From: an uncultured Gemmatimonadales bacterium
Lineage (GTDB): Bacteria; Gemmatimonadota; Gemmatimonadetes; Longimicrobiales; Gaopeijiaceae
Reading direction: 5' to 3'
Length of the DNA stretch: 64,000 bases
Assembly: GCA_963809895.1 (NCBI GenBank)
Contig: CAWELD010000010.1
Span: 896,001 to 960,000 of the forward strand
Each line of letters starts with the position of its first letter. Within the stretch, counting starts at the first letter, position 1. The notes under the pieces were generated by a model. The model did not search any database and had not been told where the DNA came from. It saw only the letters and a list, made by a program, of their open reading frames with translations. The position numbers and the translations under genes are program-made. Positions 1 through 8,950 of the stretch are shown here, piece after piece.

Positions 1-2121
1 TCGTCGATGTAGGCCTTCTGGGCGTCCAGGTTGAAGAACGGATAGTTGATGTAGGGGTTGATGGCGTTGGCGTGGTGGATGTTGACCACCGTCCCGCCCC
101 AGGCCGCCACGGAGTCCACCGGGACGTACTGATGCACGAAACGGGTGCGGAAGTGGGTCCCGGTGTCGATGGGCTTGAAGGGGGTGATGAGGAAGCGGAC
201 GTTGAAGTGGAGCGTGTCGCCGGCGGCCAGCCTTCGTGCTCCCGAGAAGTTGTGGGCCACCACCGCCCCGTCTTCGGTCCGGATGCGGATCCCCCCTCGG
301 CCCTCGTTGAACCAGGACGGGGGCAGGTTCAGGGGCTGATTCTGGTAGAAGTTGGTGTTGAGCGGACGTACGTAGTTGTCGTCTCTCAGGACGTACTGCA
401 GGCCGCGGTTCACGCCGCCCAGCCAGACTCCCTCCTGATTCCTGGTCACGTCCCAGGTCCAGTCCACCGACGGGGGGCGACGACCTCCCGGGCGACCGAG
501 CCCGAGCATGTACGTCGCCGCACCCGGCGCGTAGCGGACGGGGAAATCGATGTCGTCCAGCGCCACGTCCACGTCGGTGGTGAGCGCCATGCGCACGCTG
601 AGCATGCCGTCGTACTCGAGGGCCCCGTCCACGGCGAGCGTCAGTCCGGCGTCCGACCTTCCGGTGGCAGACCACGTGGCCCGGCCCGGCGACGACGACG
701 TCATGGTGAGGCCCACGGGATGGAACGCCACGGGCGCTCCGCCCACCACGACGTCCAGCGTCAGTGGCGCGGCCAGGATCGGGAGGGGCGTCTCCAGGAA
801 TCCCGTGAGCTCGGGAGAGAAGAAGCTCTCGATGCGGGCAGGTAGCCCCGTGGCGCCCAACGTCACCCTGCGGCCCAGAAGCGTGAGGGTGTCGCCGGAG
901 ACGCCGACGGGCTCGAAGGGCGGAATGACGTAGTCCGGATCCTCACCCAGGGTGGAGTCGAGCCAGGCCATGCGGGTCATGAGGTCGGGCTCGTCTTCTC
1001 CGCCGTTCCGGGCTCGGGCGTCGCGCACGGTGAGCGTCACCTCCACCGACTGGCTTCCACGTCGGGACGAGGACACGGTCACCGTTCCGTGGATCGCCCC
1101 CGGGGGCTGGTCCGCCGGCACGCGCACGCCGAGCCAGAGGGACTGGACCTGCCCGGCGGGCACATCGACGCGGGTGGCGAACGGACGGCCGTGCTCGTCG
1201 ACGCCGCCGCAATTGAAGCACGTCCAGCGCCACCCTTCCGGGAATCCCTCGAACGCCACGGTGACGTCTTCCAGCGGGGCGTCGCCGCTCACCACGGCCG
1301 CCTGGAAGGTGAAGGCCTCGTCGCGGAGCACCTGGCTTTCCAGCACCGCGGGGTCGCCAGCTTCGATCCAGTGACGGGGGATGTGGCCTCGCATCCGTAC
1401 CGGGCGGTCGCGGTGCTCGGCGACCACGCGCCAACCCCGGGGGGCGCCTTCCATGAACGCCGCTTCCTCGTCGGGGTCGGCGGCCACCTCCATGGGGAAG
1501 AAGGAGTGGAAGTCGTCGATGGACTCGATGCGGGTGGTGCGAGCCGCGGGAAGGCCGCCGACGCCGGCCTGCCTCACGCGCCGAGCCCATGCCGGGTCCG
1601 GGGCGGGCGCCAGATCCGAGGGATAGCCGACCCGGGGGTAGTTGCCGCCGGTGGTCACCCAGGGCAGGTAGTAGACGTGGTAGACGGTGCTCCCCGGGTC
1701 GGGCTGGAAGGCCACGTCACCGGACGCGTCATCGGCCCGGAGGACGGTCATGTTGTGCACGAGGTCACCGGTAGCCGCATCCACCACCAGGACCGATTTG
1801 TCCTCGGGGCGCGGGTCGTGGCGCCGCCACGGAATCGTCACCACGACGGCGTCGGTCGGGTCTCCGGCCGCCAGTGACGAGTCCACGGCCACCACGGCTC
1901 GGTGGTTGCCCCTGGACGTGCCCTCGGCCCCGTGGGGAAGGTCCGGTTCCCAATCTCCGGTTGCCCACACGACGCCGTCCACCACGTCGGGAACGGGGGG
2001 TGCCCGGTAGAGCGGAGCGGTGTCCGAAGAGGGCTCGGCGCAGCGGACCACGGCCAGCGCCGTCAAGGGCCGACACCAGGGTGAGGGTGGTGGTGCGGCG
2101 GGGCACGGGGCGGAGGTGCAC
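1..2121 (-). CDS. DUF6067-like glycoside hydrolase domain-containing secreted protein; runs off the left window edge; probable frameshift near 2065
   Basis: Manual minus-strand translation is open from ~2065 to 1: ...VTIPWRRHDPRPEDK...YYLPWVTTGGNYP...NQEGVWLGGVNRGLQYVLRDDNYVRPLNTNFYQNQPLNLPPSWFNEGRGG...VVNIHHANAINPYINYPFFN. Signal-like N-terminus MHLRPVPRRTTTLTLVSAL joins by a 1-nt shift to TALAVVRC. Confidence 0.7.
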
Positions 2122-2129
2122 GGCGCCGG

Positions 2130-3560
2130 TTACGTCTCGCCGAGCAGGTAGTCGATGACGTCGGTCGCACCGTAGCAGGTGCGGCCCTGCAGGAAGCGGC
2201 CGAGGTCGCGGACCTCGTCACCTCCGGTGAACAGCGTCGGCTCCGAGGCGCCGTCCTCCAGCGCCTGCCCGCGCCCGAGATTCGCCATGAGGGCGTTGCA
2301 CAGGCACTTGCGGCCCTCGGTCTCCTCCAGGTCTCCACCCTTCTTCACGAAGGTGTCCACGGGCTCGGACGGACAGCGGTACGCCACCCGCCCCGTGGAG
2401 GTGCGGTACGCCGTGCGCAGATAGCCGAGATCGCAACAGCGCTCTCGGCGTTCATAGACGTCGTCCGAGGCGAGGGTGTCCTCGAGCTGGATCGTCTTGA
2501 AGGGGAAGCCCGTGGGTGAGGCCCGGTCGTCGGTGAGCACGTCGACCGCGCCCTTGTTGGAGGCCTCCGCGACGCGACGCTTGTGCTCCGCGGTGAGCCC
2601 GCTCTCCCTGCAGTAGGCGAACAGGGTCCCCACCTGGACGCCGGTGGCTCCGGCGGCGCACACCTCCCGCAGGCGCTCGGGGTGACCCGCGCCTCCCGCG
2701 ATCCAATAGGGAAGGCCCAGATCGGCGATCTTGTCCAGGTCCACCACGTCCCGCTCGCCGTAGACGGGCTCGCCGCGTTCGTTGAGCTGTCGTGGCCCCC
2801 GGGGCGGTGCGTTGTGGCCACCCGCCGTGGGACCTTCGATGACGAGCCCGTCGACCCGCCCGCTGGCCTTGCGGACCATCATGGTCGCCAGGGAGTTGGA
2901 GGCGACGATGGGCAGGAAGGCGGGCCGTTTCAGCTCGGCGTCGTAGCCGTCCCGAATCGCGCCCGGATCGAAACAGAGCATTTCGCGCTCGCCACGAGGA
3001 AGCCCGGCGACCTCCATGGTGGTCTCCACCGGCTGGTGGACGCTCAGACGGTCCAGCGCGCCGGGAATCTCCCGGGGGATGCCCGCTCCCATGAGCACGT
3101 AGTCCACGCCGGCCAGCATCGCTCCGTAGAGCGACGCGAAGTTGGGGAGCTGGATCTTGGTCAGGAGGTTGATGCCCACGGCACCGTCGTGGCCTTCGCG
3201 GGCCAGTGACACCTCCACGAAGTTCGCCAGCACCGTGAGTTGGTGGCGCGCCCGTGTCATCACCTGCTTGTACATGGGCAGGAGCGCGTAGGGCTGGTCC
3301 TTCTCGCGCCCCTCGGGTCGGAAGTAGCGCGCGAGCACCTGCTCGGCTACGCCCGGGAGCGGGAAATGGGCCATGGCCCGCCTCAGGTGGCCTCCAGGAT
3401 CGCCGTCCTGCAGGCGGCGGACGAAGAGCGTGTCGAGACCGGTGCCCGACACCACGCCGAGCTGACCGTACGACGACACGGCTCGGGCGAGCCTCCAGTT
3501 CGAGACTCCCACACCCATTCCGCCCTGGATGATGCGGGGAAGGGTTGCAGCGTCGGTCAT
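2130..3560 (-). CDS. Nitronate monooxygenase / 2-nitropropane dioxygenase-family FMN enzyme with Cys-rich C-terminal extension
   Basis: IIQGGMGVGVS, VLMGAGIP, IEGPTAGGHN, WIAGG, GVQVGTLF motifs; ATG at 3560 (MTDAATLP). Confidence 0.85.
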   Translation of the reverse strand: MTDAATLPRIIQGGMGVGVSNWRLARAVSSYGQLGVVSGTGLDTLFVRRLQDGDPGGHLRRAMAHFPLPGVAEQVLARYFRPEGREKDQPYALLPMYKQVMTRARHQLTVLANFVEVSLAREGHDGAVGINLLTKIQLPNFASLYGAMLAGVDYVLMGAGIPREIPGALDRLSVHQPVETTMEVAGLPRGEREMLCFDPGAIRDGYDAELKRPAFLPIVASNSLATMMVRKASGRVDGLVIEGPTAGGHNAPPRGPRQLNERGEPVYGERDVVDLDKIADLGLPYWIAGGAGHPERLREVCAAGATGVQVGTLFAYCRESGLTAEHKRRVAEASNKGAVDVLTDDRASPTGFPFKTIQLEDTLASDDVYERRERCCDLGYLRTAYRTSTGRVAYRCPSEPVDTFVKKGGDLEETEGRKCLCNALMANLGRGQALEDGASEPTLFTGGDEVRDLGRFLQGRTCYGATDVIDYLLGET

Positions 3561-3711
3561 GGCAGTCCCGGGTGAGGCTTGGTGTCGGCGGCGGCGCCGC
3601 CGATCGCGGAGCCTACCCTCAGAATCGCGGGTTCGGGCCGTGAACGATAGTCTGGAGTCCCTCGTCGCCCGGCGCCATCCGTCGCTTGAAACCCGTCGGG
3701 TGTCGCCTCTT

Positions 3712-4695
3712 TCAGCAGCGGGCCACGTAATCCGCGAGCAACTCCTTGTGCGTGCCGTTGGGGACCAGGACCCGGAAATGCAGGATTGGATCGTCGGCCG
3801 CGTCGGCCCGGACCAGCGGCGCCACGCAGCGGGCCTGTGCCTCCGGGAGCGGGAGCATGTAGGCCACCTGCGCTTCGGACCAGACCAGAAGAGGCGACTT
3901 GCCCGGGACGAATTCGGGTGACGGCTCGTCCGGACGCTCCTTGCCCAGGGGATCACCACCCTCGAACTCGGGCACGGCCTGGATTCCGTTGGCGGGGCCC
4001 ATGACCAGCAGCCTGGATATGGCGCCACAACGCTCCACGCGGACGGTCCCGAGGATCCGGACCGCGAGGGCGGCGTCCACGGCCTCGGGGTTCGCCGACG
4101 AGATCAGGAACGCGCCGGTCATGGGACCGGTGCGTGGCAGTCCGTCGATGTAGGGGATCTCCATGATGCCGAATCCGTGGCGGCCGTCGATGGAGATCTC
4201 GCTGAGCGGGAACGAGGTGCCTGCGATGTCCACCGTCGTGCCCGTCTCGCCCACGACCTCGAGGTCGTCCGCGAGCTGGAGTCGATCCAGCGACACGAAC
4301 ATGTCCAGAAGCACGCGTCCGTCGCCCGTGTCGAACCCCAGGGTGTGGATGCCGGAGCCGCCGGAGGAACTGCGATAGGTCCACTCCTCCGGCACCCTCA
4401 CCCGGAAGACGTCGGACGGGCTCACCTCGAGGCCGGTGGCGCAACCGGGGCCCCAGGTGGAGGGCGCCGGGCCGTAGGCGGCGAAGTGGACGATCGGTAC
4501 CGGTGGGGCGGGCGCGGTGGAGGCTTCCGCGGCGGCTGCCGGCGAGGCGTCGGGGGTGGCTCGGGGCGCGGTGGCCTCCGACTCGGGGGCGTCGGCTCCG
4601 TCGTTGCCGGCGGCCGCATCTCCGCTTCCTCCGCAGGAGGCGAGGAGCAGGGTCGAGACCAGAAGGAGCGATTCGGCGTCGAGGCGTGCGCGCAT
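3712..4695 (-). CDS. Hypothetical lipoprotein
   Basis: Lipobox LLASC, Ala/Pro-rich linker, globular remainder; 327-aa ORF. Confidence 0.65.
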   Translation of the reverse strand: MRARLDAESLLLVSTLLLASCGGSGDAAAGNDGADAPESEATAPRATPDASPAAAAEASTAPAPPVPIVHFAAYGPAPSTWGPGCATGLEVSPSDVFRVRVPEEWTYRSSSGGSGIHTLGFDTGDGRVLLDMFVSLDRLQLADDLEVVGETGTTVDIAGTSFPLSEISIDGRHGFGIMEIPYIDGLPRTGPMTGAFLISSANPEAVDAALAVRILGTVRVERCGAISRLLVMGPANGIQAVPEFEGGDPLGKERPDEPSPEFVPGKSPLLVWSEAQVAYMLPLPEAQARCVAPLVRADAADDPILHFRVLVPNGTHKELLADYVARC

Positions 4696-4770
4696 GTCGG
4701 ACCCGGGGCAGAAGGGACGAGGCTCTCTGACCCAGAAGACGTATCCTGCGGGGATTCACCGCCAGAGCTG

Positions 4771-5871
4771 CTAGCTCCTACGACTCCCCACCCACCCCAG
4801 CCAGGCCCCGGCGGGCAGGATGATCAGGTTCAGGAAGGTCGTGTAGTCCCAGGCGAAGTAGTCGGCGCTGGCGATGCCCGGGCTCGACGAAGACATGATC
4901 TCCGGCGCGAGACCCACCGCGCGGAAGATGTATTCGACCATGAGCGCGGTCGCGATCATGGTGGCCAGCAGGTAACCGGAATAGACGAGGGCCGGCCGCC
5001 ATCCATAGTAGCGGCGATAGACCAGGATCATGGGGATCGTCACCAGGTCCGCGAAGATGAAGGCCACCACGCCTCCGAACGAGATGCCGCCGCCCCACAG
5101 CACTGCGGCCAGGGGGATGTTCCCCACGGAACACACGAACGACAGGATCGCGATCACGGGTCCCACCACGGCGTTCTCGAGACTCACCCAGAAGCTCGGA
5201 TGGCCGCCGCCCTGCCCGGACAGGAAGAGCGTCGCCCACCACTCCCGGGGCACCAGCGCGGCCAGGGTGCCCGCGATGACCAGCCCCAGGATGATGTCCT
5301 TGCCCACCATCCGGAAGTCCATGGCGAAATAGCGGGCCATGGCACGAACGCCCTTGAAGGTGAGGATGCTCCTGAGGGGGAGGGTCTCGCCCCCGTGCTC
5401 GTGATCGTGGGCGCCCTCGGCGTTCTCCAGGTGCCGGCGAGCGTCCTGGAAGACCTTCCGGGGTGCGAACCAGTTCAGCAGGATCGTGACCACCGCGATG
5501 AGAAGCATCCCCCCGAAGAACTCGGCCGCCACGAAGCGCCAGCCCATGAGGACCCAGATCACCAGCCCGATCTCCAGCACCAGGTTGGTGGAGGCGAACA
5601 AGAAGGCCGTGGCCGTGACGATGTGCGCGCCCTTCTGGTAGAGACTCTTGCTCATGGAGGCCGCGGCGTACGAACAGGAGGAGGACGCCGCACCGAAGCC
5701 CGAGGCCAGGAGCACGGAGCGCAGGCTGACGGTGCCCAGATGCTCCGCGATCCGCGACTTGGACACGAAAGCCTGGATCGCGCCGGAGATGGCGAATCCC
5801 AGGACCAGACCCCACCCGACCTTCCACGCCATGCCCAGGATGTGATGGACGATGTCGACGACTACGTGCAT
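4771..5871 (-). CDS. DUF318/ArsP-family permease
   Basis: Multi-TM; SSSCSYAA, FLFASTNLV, FVCSVGNIP motifs; His-rich loop HDHEHG; ATG 5871. Confidence 0.85.
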   Translation of the reverse strand: MHVVVDIVHHILGMAWKVGWGLVLGFAISGAIQAFVSKSRIAEHLGTVSLRSVLLASGFGAASSSCSYAAASMSKSLYQKGAHIVTATAFLFASTNLVLEIGLVIWVLMGWRFVAAEFFGGMLLIAVVTILLNWFAPRKVFQDARRHLENAEGAHDHEHGGETLPLRSILTFKGVRAMARYFAMDFRMVGKDIILGLVIAGTLAALVPREWWATLFLSGQGGGHPSFWVSLENAVVGPVIAILSFVCSVGNIPLAAVLWGGGISFGGVVAFIFADLVTIPMILVYRRYYGWRPALVYSGYLLATMIATALMVEYIFRAVGLAPEIMSSSSPGIASADYFAWDYTTFLNLIILPAGAWLGWVGSRRS

Positions 5872-5967
5872 GGGGTCGTCCTCGGTGTGGGAATGGGGCC
5901 TCCGGCGCTCGCTTGACGACTGTGCCATCTTCCAGAGGCCGAGCCCTTCCAACCTCGAGGAGGACCC

Positions 5968-6240
5968 ATGAGCTCCAATGGCGTTTGCGAACACATCCGC
6001 GCCGTCGACGAGGTGAAGACCGCCGAGCGCCGCGAATGCGAGGAGTGCATGAAGATCGGCGGTCGGTGGGTCCACCTCCGCACCTGCCAGACCTGTGGCA
6101 CCACGCTGTGCTGCGACAACTCGCCGAATCGTCACGCGACCAAGCACGCTCACGCCAGCGGACATCCGGTCATCGCCTCAGCCGAGCCGGGCGAGCGCTG
6201 GTTGTACTGCTACGCCGACGAGTCGTTCGCGGAATACTGA
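5968..6240 (+). CDS. UBP-type zinc finger domain protein
   Basis: CEH...CEEC...WVHLRTCQTCG..LCCDNSPNRHATKH...HPVIASAEPGERWLYCY; GAGGAGG RBS. Confidence 0.9.
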   Translation: MSSNGVCEHIRAVDEVKTAERRECEECMKIGGRWVHLRTCQTCGTTLCCDNSPNRHATKHAHASGHPVIASAEPGERWLYCYADESFAEY

Positions 6241-6277
6241 GACGTGTCGCCCCCGCCAGCCTATGTGCCTTCGGTCG

Positions 6278-6559
6278 TCAGGTCGTAGTGCTCGCGCTCC
6301 GAGCGCTGCCCGACAGCGCGTTGTAGAACCACCCGAAGAGGGCGCCACCAACCAGGCCGTCGACGAACCCGTACAGGGTTCCCACGATGACGCCGCCGAA
6401 TCCGGCGGTGCCGGCGTACCCCGGATAGATGGAGCGGACCATGTCCAGGAACGCGGTGCCGTAGCCGCTCCACACCAGATTGAGGACTCCGACGAGGAAG
6501 ATGCAGCCTCCCCAGAGGATGGCGGCGGTGAGCGCGAGACCTTTCATCGAGAGCTTCAT
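6278..6559 (-). CDS. Small membrane protein (family sometimes annotated as bacteriophage holin)
   Basis: MKLSMKGLALTAAILWGG...SIYPGY...GTLYGFVDGLVGGALFGWFYN; GGAGG RBS. Confidence 0.7.
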   Translation of the reverse strand: MKLSMKGLALTAAILWGGCIFLVGVLNLVWSGYGTAFLDMVRSIYPGYAGTAGFGGVIVGTLYGFVDGLVGGALFGWFYNALSGSARSASTTT

Positions 6560-6789
6560 GTCGACCTCCGTTGCGGAACTTCCGCCAGGCTCGCCATGAG
6601 AACAACGTAGGTGAATTGCGCGCCGCACGCCGGTTCAGGCTCGCTGGATGCCGATTTTCATCCGATCACGGCGCTCCATGACGGCCCGGGCCGTGGTTTT
6701 GCGTAATGCGATGTGGGGCCGGCAACGTCCGGCCCCGAGATCCTGTCCGCAGGAACGCGGACGCACACTTGAATTCGAGAGGGGGAGAG

Positions 6790-7335
6790 ATGCCCAGATT
6801 CGCGCGTATGATGGGGTTCACGGCGGCCCTGCTGTTGGCACTGAATTCCAGCCTGCGGGCGCAGGAGCCCGCCTACAAGCTGGGACAGACGGACGTCGCG
6901 GCCGTCATCGGCCTCGGCGGTCTCGGAGACGCCAGCATCGCCATCGGGGGCCGGTTCGAGCGGGCGATCAAGGACCTCCCCGAGTTCGGTGACGGGGTGC
7001 TCGGCATCATGGTGGGTGCCGACTGGTGGCACTATTCCAACGACGTCGTCGGGACGAACTACGACTGGACGTACATCCCCATCAGCGGCACCGCGAACTA
7101 CCACTTCAAGGTCGAGAGCGGAAAGTGGGACCCGTTCCTGGGGCTCGGGTTGGGGTTCTGGATCGCCAGCACGCCGAACTGCACGGGGTGCAGCGCCAAC
7201 TCCGGTCTCTACTTCGTGGGCCGTGCGGGGGTTCGCTACTACTTCTCCCCGAACCTGGCCTTCTACGCCGACGCGGGAGCGGGTGCCGCGACCTTCGACG
7301 TGGGCATGAACTTCAAGCTGAAGGGCGGATCCTGA
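6790..7335 (+). CDS. Outer-membrane beta-barrel protein (OMP_b-brl-like)
   Basis: Signal peptide (..SLRA-Q), alternating beta pattern, ANYHF, WDPFLGLGLG, terminal GMNFKL. Confidence 0.75.
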   Translation: MPRFARMMGFTAALLLALNSSLRAQEPAYKLGQTDVAAVIGLGGLGDASIAIGGRFERAIKDLPEFGDGVLGIMVGADWWHYSNDVVGTNYDWTYIPISGTANYHFKVESGKWDPFLGLGLGFWIASTPNCTGCSANSGLYFVGRAGVRYYFSPNLAFYADAGAGAATFDVGMNFKLKGGS

Positions 7336-7358
7336 GCCGCTGACAGCACGAGAGTGCC

Positions 7359-7394
7359 GGGGCGCGGTCCGTGGATGGGCCGCGCCCCTTTTCT
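7359..7394 (+). terminator. Rho-independent terminator
   Basis: GGGGCGCGGTCC-GTGGAT-GGGCCGCGCCCC followed by TTTTCT, 23 nt after the stop. Confidence 0.85.
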
Positions 7395-7470
7395 CGTTTC
7401 GGTCTTTCCCATCGCGGCTCCGGGATCTACACTGCTGGCTCCCTCCGTACCTCCATCCCGGAACGACGCG

Positions 7471-8803
7471 ATGAACATGCCACGCACCATCCGCGCCCTC
7501 CCGGCCTTCCTGTCCGTGTTCGCCCTCGCCGCCTGCGGCGGCACCGGAGACGCCAACGCCCCCGAGTCCGAAGACGCCCTCGTCGCCCGCGCCCGGGGGA
7601 TCCACGAGCGGGTCATCACCCTGGACACCCACAACGACATCAACCCGGCGAACTTCACCGCCGAGCGGAACTACACCATGGACCTGCCGACGCAGGTCAA
7701 CCTGCCCGAAGATGGAGGCCGGCGGGACGGACGTGAGCTGGATGGTGGTGTACGTGGGCCAGGGCGACCTGACGCCGGAGGGCTTCGCCGACGGCCCACG
7801 CAGCAGGCGCTGGCGAAGTTCGCAGGCCATCCACCGGCTCACCGAGGAGATCGCCCCGGACCGGATCGAGCTGGCCCTCACCTCCGACGACGTGCGCCGC
7901 ATCGTGGCGTCGGGGAAGAAGGTGGCGATGATCGGCGTGGAGAACGGCTACTCCATCGGCACCGACCTCTCCAACATCCAGAAGTTCCAGGAGATGGGCG
8001 CCCGCTACATGTCGCTGTCGCACAACGGCCACAGCCAGCTCTCCGACTCCAACACCGGCGAGCGCGACGACACCTGGCTCTACCACGGGCTGAGCGACCT
8101 GGGCAAGCAGGCCATCGCCGAGATGAACCGGGTCGGGCATCATGGTGGACCTGTCCCATCCGTCGAAGGAGTCGAACCTCCAGGCCATGGAGCTCTCCCA
8201 GGCGCCGGTCATCGCCAGCCACTCCTCGGCCCGGGCGTGAACGACGTGAGCCGCAACCTCTCCGACGAGGAGCTGGATGGCGCTCCAGGAGAACGGCGGC
8301 GTGGTGCAGACGGTGGCCTTCGCCAGCTACGTGAACTCGGCCAAGAACACGCGCCCACCAGGAGGCCGTGCAGGCGCTGCGCGAGGAGATCGCCGGCGAG
8401 ATGGGCGTCGAGCTCCTGGACCGCCGCGCCGTCTTCCAGATGAGCGAGGCCGACCGCGAGGCGTACCGGGCGCAGGATCCAGCCGGTGGAGGACGCGCGT
8501 GGAGGCGCGCATGGACGAGGTCGAACGCCAAGGCGCCGCCCGTGGACGTCGCCGACTTCGTGGACCACATCGACTACCTGGTCGAGCAAGATCGGCATCG
8601 ACCACGTGGGCATCAGCTCCGACTTCGACGGCGGCGGCGGCGTGGAGGGGTGGAACGACGCCTCCGAGTCTTTCAACGTCACGCTGGAGCTGGTGCGGCG
8701 AGGCTACACCGAGGAGGAGATCGGCAAGCTCTGGAGCGGCAACCTCCTGCGCGTGCTCGACGAGGTGCAGGCGACGGCGGCGGACATCCAGGCGGAGAGC
8801 TGA
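7471..8803 (+). CDS. Membrane dipeptidase (peptidase M19) lipoprotein with many frameshifts
   Basis: Fragments in different frames: LAAC lipobox, TLDTHND, MIGVENGY, YMSLSHNGH, IASHS, DFVDHIDY, IGIDHVGISSDFDGGGG, KLWSGNLLRV; roughly ten indels between 7710 and 8590. Confidence 0.85.
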
Positions 8804-8950
8804 GGGAGCGTCGGGTGCAGGCGATTCGCTTGTGCTGCGATCGGTAAACCTCTACGCTGACATCGACCGCCTGTCCCGGCGGCGCCAGCACCGTCGCGGG
8901 TAGGCGGCGGAAGCCAGGAGCGCCACCTATGAGCCCGAGGGGGCAGGCCG

